Source: an uncultured Spirochaetota bacterium
Lineage (GTDB): Bacteria > Spirochaetota > Brevinematia > Brevinematales > JAOACQ01
Direction: 5' to 3'
DNA: 64,000 bases
Assembly: GCA_963835575.1 (NCBI GenBank)
Contig: CAWIGG010000006.1
Coordinates: forward strand, 320,001-384,000
In this document: piece after piece, positions 10,152 to 20,643 of the stretch
Position numbering within the stretch: the first letter of the stretch is position 1
Layout of the letters: every line of letters starts with the position of its first letter
The notes under the pieces: generated by a model
Seen by the model: the letters and a program-made list of their open reading frames with translations, nothing else
Databases searched by the model: none
What the model was told of the DNA's origin: nothing
Position numbers and translations under genes: made by a program

Positions 10152-12059
10152 ATGACCCTGGATAAGGCGATAGACTTTTTAAATACCTTTATCAATTTCG
10201 AGAAAAATCCGGGAAAATACGGCCCCCTGACATACATTCCGGAAAGGGTCGGTTTGATGCTTGATAAAGCCGGCCTGGATGCCGGCGGCATAAAAATCAT
10301 TCATATCGCCGGAACAAAGGGAAAAGGCAGTACGGCGCATTACGCATCAAGGCTTCTTGAGTTATCAAAAGGCGGGAAAACCGGCCTTTATACTTCGCCC
10401 CATGTTCTAAAAATCAATGAAAGAATACGGATCAATTCGGAAATGATATCCGATGAGGATCTCATCAGGCTCATTGAAAAGTATCATAATTTCATACAAA
10501 AATATAATTGGGAAGACAGGCTGACCTATTTTGATGTGATGACTTTTCTTGCCATGGCCTGTTTTATTGAGAATGCCTGCGATTATATTGTGCTGGAGAC
10601 CGGGCTTGGCGGCAGGCTGGACTCGACAAATTTCTGTAAACCTGTTGTCTCGGTGATCACATCCATCGGCTTTGATCATACGGCCCTGCTGGGCGGAACG
10701 CTGGCGGAAATCGCCGGGGAAAAAGCCGGCATCATTAAAGAAAAAACACCGGTTATTTCGGCCTTTCAGGGAAAAGAGGCTCTTGCCAGGCTGAAACAGG
10801 AAGCGGAAAAAAAGGAATCCCTGTTTTATTACCTGCCTCTACTGGCAAAGTATAAGATCCATAAAAGGAGCGGCCTCGGCAGTGTTTTCGATATTCGCAT
10901 AAAACTGCGGAACAAAAGCCTTGTCTTGAAAAATATTCATCTTTCCCAGACAGGGGATGTTTATGTGGAAAACTTCCTGACGGCCTTAACGGCAGTATTG
11001 ACGGCCGGCGTCAGGCTTTCAGAAGAGAATATCCGAACCTGCGCGCGGATGAGAATCCCGTTCCGGACGGAAAAAAGAGGGAATTTTATCCTTGACGCCG
11101 CGCATAATGACAGCTCCATGGAAAGCCTTTTTAAAACAATCAGGGAGTATTATAAACCCGTTCGGGTAAACCTTTACATCGGCATCCTTTCCGACAAGGA
11201 GCTCCCCAGGATCGCGGAAAAAATAAAAAAGTACGCCGGACTATTTCAGAACATCATTCTTTACGATTTTCCCTCGGCCCGAGGGAGCGGCGGAAAAACG
11301 CTTTATGAAATGGTAAAAAGCCTGCCTCAATCGGATTATAAAAAAGATCTGTCAAAGATAAAAATTGAAAAAGATTCTTTGAATGTGTTTACGGGCTCTT
11401 TCCAGAATATGGATAAAATCCTCAATTCTATTTCCATGGAAGAAGAGGAATACGTTTCCTTTCTGAACCGGGGGCTGGACGTGCCGGAATGGGAAGAGCT
11501 GTACCTTGAGGCCGTTAAAGATAAAATCCCTGTCATCAGGAAAGAGACGGCGCGGCTACTGTATTTTCTCATTAAGGCAAAAGCGCCGCGGAATGTCCTG
11601 GAAATAGGCTCCGGCAGCGGTTATTCCACCCTCTGGCTCATGAAAGGCCTGCCGGAAGGTTCGAAAATCACCGCTCTGGAGCGCGACTCGAAGCGCTTTA
11701 CCCGGCTTAAAAAAGTTTTTCGCGGCTGTAAAAAAATCAGGCTCCTCCGCCGGGACGCATTTGACTTTCTTGGTAAAACAAGTGAAATGTTTGATTTTGT
11801 TTTTCTCGACGCGCAGAAAAGGGATTACCCGGCGTATTTAAGCATTCTCCGGAATAAGATCATTAAGGACGGGGTCCTCGCCGCGGATAATTTTCTTTTC
11901 GCCGGCATGGCGGCATCTCTGCCGGAGGATAAAAAGGGAAAATACATGGGTGGTGTCAGACTCCTCAGGGAATTTAACGAGGAGCTTTCGCGGGACAATT
12001 GCTTCGAGGCGCTGTTTTTATCCCTTGAGGACGGGGTGGTGATCGCGGAGAGGAGATAG
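10152..12059 (+). CDS. folC: Folylpolyglutamate synthase fused to a C-terminal SAM-dependent O-methyltransferase (TrmR/YrrM-like)
   Basis: HIAGTKGKGST, LYTSPH, ETGLGGRLDSTN, DAAHN; then from codon 429 VLEIGSGSGYST, FDFVFLDAQK, ADNFLF. Confidence 0.85.
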   Translation: MTLDKAIDFLNTFINFEKNPGKYGPLTYIPERVGLMLDKAGLDAGGIKIIHIAGTKGKGSTAHYASRLLELSKGGKTGLYTSPHVLKINERIRINSEMISDEDLIRLIEKYHNFIQKYNWEDRLTYFDVMTFLAMACFIENACDYIVLETGLGGRLDSTNFCKPVVSVITSIGFDHTALLGGTLAEIAGEKAGIIKEKTPVISAFQGKEALARLKQEAEKKESLFYYLPLLAKYKIHKRSGLGSVFDIRIKLRNKSLVLKNIHLSQTGDVYVENFLTALTAVLTAGVRLSEENIRTCARMRIPFRTEKRGNFILDAAHNDSSMESLFKTIREYYKPVRVNLYIGILSDKELPRIAEKIKKYAGLFQNIILYDFPSARGSGGKTLYEMVKSLPQSDYKKDLSKIKIEKDSLNVFTGSFQNMDKILNSISMEEEEYVSFLNRGLDVPEWEELYLEAVKDKIPVIRKETARLLYFLIKAKAPRNVLEIGSGSGYSTLWLMKGLPEGSKITALERDSKRFTRLKKVFRGCKKIRLLRRDAFDFLGKTSEMFDFVFLDAQKRDYPAYLSILRNKIIKDGVLAADNFLFAGMAASLPEDKKGKYMGGVRLLREFNEELSRDNCFEALFLSLEDGVVIAERR

Positions 12060-12186
12060 GAAAACCCGAAGGGCTGCCCGCGAATGCACGCGAATAGACG
12101 CGAATGGGAATAGCGGGGTGTCTGAATGATTAAAGGTTCTTTATGATTATTTTACAGGATTTTATTATAATAGGACGGTTGAAATT

Positions 12187-12451
12187 AAACACCAAGAACA
12201 CCAAGGACCACGAAGGGGGACCGGGAAAGGGTTTAGGGTTGATTAATGGTTTTTATGATGGGGTTTGCATACATTTATTAAAATAAAACTATAGGAATAA
12301 ACCATGGAGAACTCAGAGGGCATGGAGAATAGGAATAGTAAAAGTCTGAATGTTTCTCTGCTTTTTATTATTATTCTATTAATCCCTCTGCGTACTCTGC
12401 GCCTCAGCGGTTATTCTTTGTGTTCTTGGTGCCTTGATGTTCTTGGTATTT
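12187..12451. repeat. Triple-repeat-arm element (CACCAAG type) with a nested CGCAGAG-type element at 12300-12412
   Basis: ACCAAGAACACCAAGGACCACGAAGG / CTTTGTGTTCTTGGTGCCTTGATGTTCTTGGT; inner ACCATGGAGAACTCAGAGGGCATGGAG / CTCTGCGTACTCTGCGCCTCAGCGGT. Confidence 0.7.
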
Positions 12452-12507
12452 AAATTTAAAGTGAAGTCAATAAAGCAGGAAAAGGTTTATTATTGGAGGA
12501 GCTCTCT

Positions 12508-13194
12508 ATGCTCGAACTCTACGCCCTTAAAATCGACGGCCAGTTGAGCCGCACTTTTTTCGATCAATTCCTCCCCTGCCTAAGCCCGGAGGGAAAGGCG
12601 CGCGCCGGCCGCTTCCATTTTTTCGAGGATGCCGTCCGCTTTACGGCGGCCGATGTCCTGACGCGCTCTGTCATCATCAAAAAACTGCGATGTAAGAATG
12701 AAGCGATCGTTTTTGAGAGAAATCCTTACGGCAAGCCTTTCCTCAAGGACAGGTCGGAAGTGCAATTCAATAAATCCCATTCGGGCCGCTGGGCCGTCTG
12801 CGCTTTTGACGAGACGCCCGCCGGCGCCGATATCCAGCAGGTCAGGCCTGTTAACTTCAAGCTGACCAAGCGCTATTTCTCGCCGCTTGAGGACGAGGTC
12901 TTTCAGAAAAAACCGGCGGAAGAAAAGACGGATTATTTTTTCGATATCTGGACGCTCAAGGAAAGCTATATCAAGGCCGTGGGGAAGGGGCTGTCGCTCG
13001 GGCTGAACACTTTCAGCGTTATTATGGAAAAAGACGGCATCAAAGTCAGATCAGGTTATGATGACCGCTATTATCTCAGACAATATAATATCGACCCGGC
13101 CTATAAGCTGGCCGTCTGCGGAGAGAGACCGGAATTCCCGGAAAAAGCCATTGTTATTTCAATGGATGAATTAATGAGAGAGGGGCTGGATTAA
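12508..13194 (+). CDS. Sfp-type 4'-phosphopantetheinyl transferase
   Basis: YGKP, FNKSHSG, GADIQ, WTLKESYIKAVGKGL; SD GGAGGA before ATG 12508. Confidence 0.9.
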   Translation: MLELYALKIDGQLSRTFFDQFLPCLSPEGKARAGRFHFFEDAVRFTAADVLTRSVIIKKLRCKNEAIVFERNPYGKPFLKDRSEVQFNKSHSGRWAVCAFDETPAGADIQQVRPVNFKLTKRYFSPLEDEVFQKKPAEEKTDYFFDIWTLKESYIKAVGKGLSLGLNTFSVIMEKDGIKVRSGYDDRYYLRQYNIDPAYKLAVCGERPEFPEKAIVISMDELMREGLD

Positions 13195-13206
13195 ATTTTT
13201 TAAAAC

Positions 13207-13272
13207 GCTCCCTGAGTGATTTTTTGGTGTGCCTTCTGCTGAGCTTTTCCAAAAAATTGTATCGAAGGGAGC
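13207..13272. repeat. CCTGAG...CGAAGG REP-like palindrome
   Basis: GCTCCCTGAGT...GTATCGAAGGGAGC; relatives at 10000-10031, 32406-32425 and 44565-44585. Confidence 0.6.
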
Positions 13273-13369
13273 TGTAATATATTAAAATTCACTTCGCGTC
13301 TATTCGCATATATTCGCGGATTATCCTGTAAGATTAAATTATCAGAAAAAAAAGAAATCTTTTAGATTG

Positions 13370-13429
13370 GACAGATTGCTTCACGCTGAAGCCAGAGGCA
13401 ATAACGATTACAGAATGTTCGCAATGACG
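13370..13429. repeat. Half CGTC-type palindromic repeat
   Basis: GACAGATTGCTTC...TCGCAATGACG; relatives at 16122-16219 and 48365-48561. Confidence 0.65.
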
Positions 13430-13484
13430 CGATTAAGTATTGAATTACTGTGTTGTATATAAACAGAGATATTTTAATACAGCG

Positions 13485-14660
13485 TCATTTCGTTGCCAGG
13501 ATTTTTGTGATCCACACGATCGCCGCGGTGTGGCCGACGATGGCGCCGATGGTCACGGCGACGAACACGACGAGGATCTTCGTCACGCGGTTCTTGAAAA
13601 AGCCCTTGACGGTCTGGATGTCGTTATTCAGGCTCTCGAAATCCTTCACCTGCGGCTTCCGGAGCACGGCCTCGAGCGGGGCGAGCAGGATCCCGGCGCT
13701 GATGGGCGGCGCGATGAGCTTGATCGGCGCGGCTATCCACGCGGAAATGATGGTCAGCGGATGGGCCATGACGGCGAGCGCCGCTATGGATGTGCATGCG
13801 CCTGATGCCAGTACCCAGGCCCAGAGCATCGACACGCCTACATTGCTGCCTTTCATAAAGCCGAGGACGATCAAAGCCAGTATCGCAAGGCCGAGAAGCC
13901 ATGGGAATATCTTGGTGCCGATTCCGGCCGGCGGTACGGTTTCTATTATCGGGTCGTAGTTAAAACCCTTTTCGATCGTTTCCTGAATGCCCTTCAGATG
14001 GCCTTTTCCGACAACGGCGATGATTTTTTTACCCTCCGCCGTTATGATGCGGTGGGCCAGGTAGCGGTCGCGTTCGTCTATCAGGACTTCTTTGGCCTTC
14101 GGGAGCTTTTCGGCGAAAGTCGTCATCATCTCGTTCATCACGTCCTTGCCCTGCATCATTTCCTTGACGTCTTCCTTTTTTATTTCTTCCTTTGTGAAAA
14201 GCGCTTCCATTAATAATTCTAGAATTTTCATCTTGTCCGAGAATGAGGACAACTGCCATGCGCGGCGCAGCGTGACATTCACGTCGCGGTCCGCGAGGAC
14301 GACCTTTTTATTCTTTGCCTCGGCCAGCTGGAACGCCGTTATCATTTCATCGCCGGGGGCGGATTCCAGGTCAAGCCCGATCCTTTTCTGGAATGAGGAG
14401 AGGACCATATTGGCGAAGAGCAGGAAACCCTTGCCCTGCCGGATGACCTTGACTATATCCAGGTTTTGCCAGCGGTTCTTGTCCTTCAGGGACTGGTAGC
14501 GGGAATCGCAGAGCTCCACGCACACGGTGTCGGGATCGATTGTGTTGATGAGCTCCTCGACCTCCTTTTTGCTGTCAGCCAGGACATGGGCCGTACCCAG
14601 GATATAGATATCCTTTCCGTCTTTCTGGATTTTTATGCAGTTTGGTGATAAGTTTTCCAC
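13485..14660 (-). CDS. TraB/GumN (pheromone-shutdown-like) family protein
   Basis: ILGTAHV, VCVELCDSR, ADRDVNVTLRR, LIDERDRY, VVGKGH; C-terminal TM segments. Confidence 0.9.
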   Translation of the reverse strand: MENLSPNCIKIQKDGKDIYILGTAHVLADSKKEVEELINTIDPDTVCVELCDSRYQSLKDKNRWQNLDIVKVIRQGKGFLLFANMVLSSFQKRIGLDLESAPGDEMITAFQLAEAKNKKVVLADRDVNVTLRRAWQLSSFSDKMKILELLMEALFTKEEIKKEDVKEMMQGKDVMNEMMTTFAEKLPKAKEVLIDERDRYLAHRIITAEGKKIIAVVGKGHLKGIQETIEKGFNYDPIIETVPPAGIGTKIFPWLLGLAILALIVLGFMKGSNVGVSMLWAWVLASGACTSIAALAVMAHPLTIISAWIAAPIKLIAPPISAGILLAPLEAVLRKPQVKDFESLNNDIQTVKGFFKNRVTKILVVFVAVTIGAIVGHTAAIVWITKILATK

Positions 14661-14846
14661 GATATTTTTCCATAAATTAGATTACTGACAGATATGATTC
14701 ATACCGAGCAGCCGATTATTTTACATATATTAATGATTTAAGTCAAAATAAAACGGTTTTCAGGATATGGCGCCTGTATTAGATTATAATTTTTTGCGCT
14801 CTTTACTTTATTTCAACCGGGAAACCTGAAAGAAAGACCAAAAATT

Positions 14847-15225
14847 ACCACGAAGGACTCGAAGAACACGAAGAAAATTAGAAATGATATGAAATTAATT
14901 TTGGGCAGTTCTAAAAACTCAAATATTTAGAACTGCCGCTATTATATGAGTTCATGCTACCGCCCGAGTTCGCTGTCTGAAAAGATCATCAACCAGCGAA
15001 CTCTATACGGTAGCGCCAATGAAATTTACAAGAGATTCTATAACCGGGGCAGTTCCTCCCTCACCATTTTGGATTGCTTCAAGGCGGGCTTACAAAATGG
15101 TGAGGGATGGAACTGCCCTTTTATAATTCTTTGTTAAATAACTTTCAAAAGATTGTTGATTATTTAAAATCCAATGAATAATAAATAAATCAAAAAAGCT
15201 TCGTGTTCTTCGTGATCTTCGTGGT
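14847..15225. repeat. Triple 9-bp-arm element (CACGAAG type) enclosing the 14903-15118 unit
   Basis: ACCACGAAGGACTCGAAGAACACGAAG / CTTCGTGTTCTTCGTGATCTTCGTGGT. Confidence 0.8.
14903..15118. mobile_element. Composite hairpin element (MITE-like), copy 1
   Basis: Bounded by GGGCAGTTC...GAACTGCCC; 14904-15056 matches the reverse complement of 54136-54288 with 4 mismatches in 153 bp. Confidence 0.75.
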
Positions 15226-15303
15226 TAAAATCGTAATATCAGTATATAAATTACTTTTCTTGGATATTAATAGCCTTATTCAAAAAAATGTAAGTCATAT
15301 TTT

Positions 15304-15980
15304 CTACATCGATTTCTTTTTTGCGGCAAGGACATCCGTCAGCATAATATCAGCGGGGCCGGTGATATTAGTGAAGGATTTATCGAAAAATTTCAGCTGG
15401 ACGGTCCCGTCCTTGTCCGTGATCTTTAATTCGGCTTCCCTGGGAAGCCTGATCCCATAGCCGATCGGCTGCCAGCTTTTATTACCGATCCTGTAAGTGC
15501 AGGCGCCTTTATAAAAACCGGTTACGACAAAAGACAGCTCCGGCGGAAGGATAACAGGCCGGCTCGAGTTTTCCCGGGCGCGCCTGTGTTGCCCAAAACA
15601 GCCGCGGGGGCTGTAGTTGTCGCAACCTTATAATCCTCCGTAGTGTTCAATGTTCTTTTTTTATCGCTGTTGATTTTCTTGAAAAGATCGGCGACTTTCA
15701 ATGTGGTTTTTCCGGTTACCCTGTAAACGCCGTCTTCCAGCGCGAGTTCCAGATAATCGTATTTTTTCAATATCCTGATCTCATTCTTTTCCGTGACTTT
15801 ATCATCAATATTCAGGGTTTTCCACTTGTTTTTAGTTGTTTTGACCTCAGCTGTTCCGACAAACCCGACCACGGTCAGGGTTTTTGCCGCGTTTTTTGAA
15901 GCCGCGGCCGACAGAACAGAAACCTGGATCAATAGAACGGATACGCCGATCATTCCGGCAAGGATTATTTTTTTAATCAT
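15304..15980 (-). pseudogene. Exported protein with two FecR-N-like segments, split by a frameshift
   Basis: 152-aa ORF with signal peptide; a second frame continues ...SFVVTGFYKGACTYRIGNKSWQPIGYG...KKSM* to 15304 and resembles the first segment. Confidence 0.55.
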
Positions 15981-16121
15981 AGACTGCTCCTTTAATTCTA
16001 TTAATGTTTGATGATATGAAAACAGTTTAACTTAAAACCGATCCCTTTTCAAGTTTAATCATTTTTCAGGAATATCGCAATAAAAATAAAGATATTCTAT
16101 ATAAGAGTTAAACACAAAGTC

Positions 16122-16219
16122 CGTCATTGCGAGCACCCGACTTTATACTCTGCTTTAAATTTTGATGCGAAGCAATCTGTCTGCACGTTAAGTAATCTTT
16201 TTTGCCGACAGATTGCTTC
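16122..16219. repeat. CGTC-type palindromic repeat
   Basis: CGTCATTGCGAG...GAAGCAATCTGTC...GACAGATTGCTTC. Confidence 0.65.
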
Positions 16220-16321
16220 TTGTTATTATTTTATTATAGCATATAATAATACATATTTGTGATTTGACTTTTTTAACATTCTTCAATAAAATTTACGCCA
16301 TACTTTATCGGAGATTGAATA

Positions 16322-17620
16322 ATGAGGGAATTCATAGAATGGATGGCCGGCAGAAAGAAGATACTCTTCCTGTTCCTGATCATTGGTTTTGTCCTGGCCA
16401 TGCTCGGCCGGTTTTATATTACTAAAAGCGTGATAGGCGGGGACGGCGTTTATTATTACAGCACCGTCAGGGCTTTCGCCATTGAACATCAGCTGGACCT
16501 GAAATCGGAGCTGGAGCATTTTTATAACGAAAGGTCCGGCTTTACGGGAAATAGAAAATTAAGCGATCTGCCGAAGCCTTCGGTTACCGGAAAAATACCC
16601 ATTAATTATCCCGTCGGTTTCCCGGTTCTTCTAATTCCTTTTTATTTTATCGGGCATTTGATTACCATTGTCCTCAGCTGGTTTTTCCCCGGCATAAAGC
16701 CGGATGGTTACGGCCCGCTTTATCAGATTTTCGCTGCGCTGGGAAGTATGGCTTACGCTTTTGCCGCGCTTTTTATCCTTTACAGGCTGGGAAGAAAAAA
16801 GTATGATGAACCCTTTGTATTACTATCAGTTTTCCTGGTCTGCCTGGCGACCCCGCTGGTGTATTATATGACCATGGAGCCCCTGCTTTCCCATACCGTT
16901 TCCGTTTTCCTTGTTACCGCCTTTCTTGCCTTATGGTATCTGAATAAGGATGACATGAAACTCAGGCACTGGGTGGTCCTGGGGCTGTTGGGCGGCTTTT
17001 CAAGCATCACGAGGTACCAGGACGCGCTGGTAGTGATTATCCCGCCCGTTTACGCGCTGGTCCGGTTTTTTAAAACAAAAAGCCTGCGCGAACTGCATCT
17101 GCCGGGCGGCCTTCTTTATGTCCTGATGTTTGGGGCAATTTATTCCCTTCAGCTCTATATCAATCTTGTCAGCTACGGATCATTATTTACAAGCGGCTAC
17201 GCCGCCCATGGGGAAGGGTTTATTTACTGGAACCAGCCGAAGGTCCTTTACACGCTTTTTTCACCGTATTGCGGGCTCATTACACGGTCGCCTGTTGTTC
17301 TTTTTTCTTTTGCCGGCCTGTATTTTATGTTTAAGAAGGAGAAAACCGCCGCAATTCTTCTTTCTTTATATCTCATTGCAGAGATTTACCTGATCAGCAG
17401 CTGGCATATCCCGTCGCAGGGCGATACGTTCGGAAACAGGATGCTGTTGAACTCCGTCTTTATCTACGCGGTCGGATTGATGGAATATTTTAATAAAATA
17501 AAGGAAAATAAAACCGCTTTTACCGTATCCGTTTCCGCCGCTTTCCTGATGATGCTCTTTAATCTGGCGCTTGTTCCCCTTTACTGCTTCCGGATCATCG
17601 GGAATACTTATGTCCGGTAG
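16322..17620 (+). CDS. Polytopic membrane glycosyltransferase (GT-C fold)
   Basis: GDGVYYY after TM1, ~11 TM segments, FGNR motif; adjacent to a GT2. Confidence 0.7.
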   Translation: MREFIEWMAGRKKILFLFLIIGFVLAMLGRFYITKSVIGGDGVYYYSTVRAFAIEHQLDLKSELEHFYNERSGFTGNRKLSDLPKPSVTGKIPINYPVGFPVLLIPFYFIGHLITIVLSWFFPGIKPDGYGPLYQIFAALGSMAYAFAALFILYRLGRKKYDEPFVLLSVFLVCLATPLVYYMTMEPLLSHTVSVFLVTAFLALWYLNKDDMKLRHWVVLGLLGGFSSITRYQDALVVIIPPVYALVRFFKTKSLRELHLPGGLLYVLMFGAIYSLQLYINLVSYGSLFTSGYAAHGEGFIYWNQPKVLYTLFSPYCGLITRSPVVLFSFAGLYFMFKKEKTAAILLSLYLIAEIYLISSWHIPSQGDTFGNRMLLNSVFIYAVGLMEYFNKIKENKTAFTVSVSAAFLMMLFNLALVPLYCFRIIGNTYVR

Positions 17621-17679
17621 AAGATTATCATGAGCAGGATATTTTTGATCATAGCGATAAAAATTATATTAAAAGGAAA

Positions 17680-18804
17680 ATGAAGATGAAATTATCAATC
17701 GTTATCCCGGTTTATAATGAAAAGAACACCATTGCTGAAATTATAAAGGTTGTTGAAAAAGCGCCTCTGCCGAAAGAAATAAAAAAAAGGGAAATCATCA
17801 TTGTGGATGACTGCTCAACAGACGGAACCGGAAAAATTCTCTCCGGTCTGAATAAAAATAAATACAAAGTCATCTATCATGAAAAGAACCAGGGAAAAGG
17901 CGCCGCTTTAAGGACGGGCTTTAAAAATTCGACAGGCGATATTGTGCTGATCCAGGACGCGGACCTTGAATATGACCCGAATGAATACCAGAAATTACTC
18001 AGGCCGATCCTGAGCAACAAGGCCGATATGGTTTACGGCTCAAGGTTTATCGGCGACGAACCCCACAGGGTCCTCTATTTCTGGCATACGCTGGCCAACC
18101 GGTTTCTGACTTTATTATCGAATATGTTCTCGGACTTGAACCTGACGGATATGGAAACATGCTATAAAGTATTCAGAAAAGATGTTATCGATAGAATTAT
18201 AATAGAAGAAAACCGGTTCGGTTTTGAACCCGAGATCACGGCAAAAATCGGGGAGTTCTCCAGGGAGGAAGGCTGCAGGGTTTATGAGGTGGGGATATCC
18301 TATTACGGCAGAACATACCAGGAAGGCAAGAAGATCGGGTTGAAAGACGCGTTGAGGGCGTTCTGGTGCATCTTTAAATACAACACTTCTCGCTTTGCCC
18401 ATTTTATCAAATACGGGCTCAACGGCCTTCTGGTCGCGCTGTCCCAGTATCTGACAATTGTTTTTTTAATCGAAAACCTGGGATTTAAATCCGTTTTTCT
18501 TCAGAACGCGGCCAACGCGATCAGTATCGAGGTGTCGATCATTGTCGGCTTTATCCTTCACTCGATTATCACCTGGAGATATAAATTCAAAAGATTCTCC
18601 GATGCCGCCGTCAAATGCGCGCAGTTCCATCTCGTAACGGGAATTTCCTTTGTTACAAGGGTGGTCCTGTTTTATCTGCTGTTGAATATCGGCCTGCATT
18701 ATAAGATCAATACGCTGATCGGCATTGTCGTTGCCGTTATCATGAATTTCATCGGGTATGACACATTAATTTTCAAGAGAAAAAAGGCTTTGTCCGGCAA
18801 ATGA
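17680..18804 (+). CDS. GT2 polyprenol-phosphate glycosyltransferase fused to GtrA-like domain
   Basis: [40 protein letters not shown]-terminal 4-TM GtrA-like region. Confidence 0.88.
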   Translation: MKMKLSIVIPVYNEKNTIAEIIKVVEKAPLPKEIKKREIIIVDDCSTDGTGKILSGLNKNKYKVIYHEKNQGKGAALRTGFKNSTGDIVLIQDADLEYDPNEYQKLLRPILSNKADMVYGSRFIGDEPHRVLYFWHTLANRFLTLLSNMFSDLNLTDMETCYKVFRKDVIDRIIIEENRFGFEPEITAKIGEFSREEGCRVYEVGISYYGRTYQEGKKIGLKDALRAFWCIFKYNTSRFAHFIKYGLNGLLVALSQYLTIVFLIENLGFKSVFLQNAANAISIEVSIIVGFILHSIITWRYKFKRFSDAAVKCAQFHLVTGISFVTRVVLFYLLLNIGLHYKINTLIGIVVAVIMNFIGYDTLIFKRKKALSGK

Positions 18805-18829
18805 AAACCCGCGGCTGACGCAGAAGGAC

Positions 18830-20374
18830 TTATTGCGGGATGCGGTATACTTTCATCCATCTGTCTTCCATCAGAAGAGTTGAGTTCTGCAGTTCCAGTT
18901 TATCCTTCTCTTTTAAATGCTCTGTCTCTCCCAGAAAATATCTGAGCGGAGAATCCTGTCTGGATTTCCATTCCCTCTTTAATAAGGTTTCGGCGATATT
19001 TTTATAGAAGCCCTCAGTTTCAGGCGGTTTAAAAGAGAAAGGCCTGCCCGCAGCGTCGTCCAGCAGGACCTTTGTATATTTCACCTGATTATTGACGGAA
19101 ATCGGTTCATATTCCCGGCTGAAGAACGAATAGGCCGCCAGGGCCCCTGAAACCATGATCCAGAGCGAAACCGCAATGACCGGTATTTCCTTCCATTTCA
19201 AACCGTCTGTGATGAAGCGGATACCGTATATCAGCGGTATAAAGCAGAAAGCGTAAACCGGATAGTAGTAATGAGGACTCCAGGGCGGAAGCCTGAGGAT
19301 GATGAAAACCAGCGCCAGAACGGCAAAGAGGATAAAAGTGAACCGGATCATATGAATATCAGTTTCGTTCAAAATTATTCCCGGTTTATCCTTTTTATTA
19401 TTTCCGATGTTTTTTATTAACAGTGTAAATGTATAAATAAAAGAGGATATTGAAAATAAAATACTCGCGAATAAAGCTGGAAACACAAAGACCACCAGGT
19501 ACCAGGGCATTTCCAGGAATCTCTTTATGCTGACCATAAAATCGCCGCTGTTCAATGTGGTCATATCAATTGTCGGCAGTATAATTAAGAAAGTCAGAAT
19601 AGGAAACCTGATGTCTTTTACGCCGCCTGAAAGCGCCAGAATACTGCGGGTATTCTGAAACCCGTTATATAATTCACTGATCATGTACGGGACATAGAGC
19701 AGGACAGCGCCGGCGATGCCGGCCCAGAAATACGCCTTATGAGGTCCCCGGTAAAAAAAGGTGAAATAGATCATCAGTGCCAGAGGCAGATAAAATAAGG
19801 CAGATAGATGGCATTGTCCGATAATGACGCTCAGAGGCAGTAAGATAAACATCAGGAGGGGGTGATTATTTCCGGAAAAAATCTCTATAAGAACCGCCGC
19901 GAGCAGAAGGCTGAACAGCGCGGCGAAATTGGGATTCCAGATGCGTGATTCCATACCCAGGAAGGTCGGGCTGATGAGCATGAATCCGGCGATAATAAGG
20001 GCCGGCAGAGTTCCGTAGCGCCTGTTTAAAATTAAAAGGAAAACCAGAGAAGCCAGCATAAAGAGCGTAAAGCTGTAGAGGTAAAAAACCTGCGGCTGTC
20101 CGGTAAAAGCGCCGCAAAGCGATAAAATCGTGTAATAAGCCCCGCCCGGTATTCTTGCGCCGGAACCATACAGTCCCGGACCGGTTACAGGAAGCTGATG
20201 GGCTGCCGCGTACTGCCGGGCTTCGTTGCAGTGGTTAAGCTCATCTCCCCCCATATAATTATTAAAAAGAGTATAGCTCCGGATGGAAGCCGCGGTAATA
20301 ATAATTACCATAAGAAATAATAAATATTGAACATTCTTTTTTCTTAAAATTCCAGAAAAAAGATTCATTTTCAT
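18830..20374 (-). CDS. Polytopic membrane glycosyltransferase (GT-C/ArnT-like)
   Basis: GDE after TM1, P-x-x-G-P, IWNP, multiple TMs. Start set at ATG 20374 (20368 possible). Confidence 0.65.
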   Translation of the reverse strand: MKMNLFSGILRKKNVQYLLFLMVIIITAASIRSYTLFNNYMGGDELNHCNEARQYAAAHQLPVTGPGLYGSGARIPGGAYYTILSLCGAFTGQPQVFYLYSFTLFMLASLVFLLILNRRYGTLPALIIAGFMLISPTFLGMESRIWNPNFAALFSLLLAAVLIEIFSGNNHPLLMFILLPLSVIIGQCHLSALFYLPLALMIYFTFFYRGPHKAYFWAGIAGAVLLYVPYMISELYNGFQNTRSILALSGGVKDIRFPILTFLIILPTIDMTTLNSGDFMVSIKRFLEMPWYLVVFVFPALFASILFSISSFIYTFTLLIKNIGNNKKDKPGIILNETDIHMIRFTFILFAVLALVFIILRLPPWSPHYYYPVYAFCFIPLIYGIRFITDGLKWKEIPVIAVSLWIMVSGALAAYSFFSREYEPISVNNQVKYTKVLLDDAAGRPFSFKPPETEGFYKNIAETLLKREWKSRQDSPLRYFLGETEHLKEKDKLELQNSTLLMEDRWMKVYRIPQ

Positions 20375-20643
20375 CTCCCGTAAATTTAAATAATTTTCAG
20401 ATATTTTATTAAATGATAATAAATATTGCAATAATATTATTTGAGATTATTCGCATTCCAGGGTTGTGCCTGATAATCCCTATCTTAGAATGAAAAATTA
20501 CTAAAAAATATGTTTTCCGCTCATTTTACTTTCAGTATAATATTTTTAATTTTTGCATCTTTTTCCATTTATAGACACTTAATCATGTAAATAGTGGAAA
20601 ATATCATTAAAGATACTGTAATTTTATTTAAGGAGAAGAAATT

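Larger units (their letters stand above)
12078..13319. repeat. Inverted pair of CGCGAAT triple-repeat arms (12078-12105, 13292-13319) enclosing nested elements and the PPTase gene
   Basis: CCGCGAATGCACGCGAATAGACGCGAAT vs reverse complement of right arm CCGCGAATATATGCGAATAGACGCGAAG. Confidence 0.65.

Noticed and set aside
13440..14648. Several plus-strand ORFs over the TraB-family gene
   Set aside because: Antisense artefacts of high GC3 codon usage.
14946..15137. 63-aa ORF in the duplicated element
   Set aside because: No SD or known motif, and its 3' part is not shared by the second copy.
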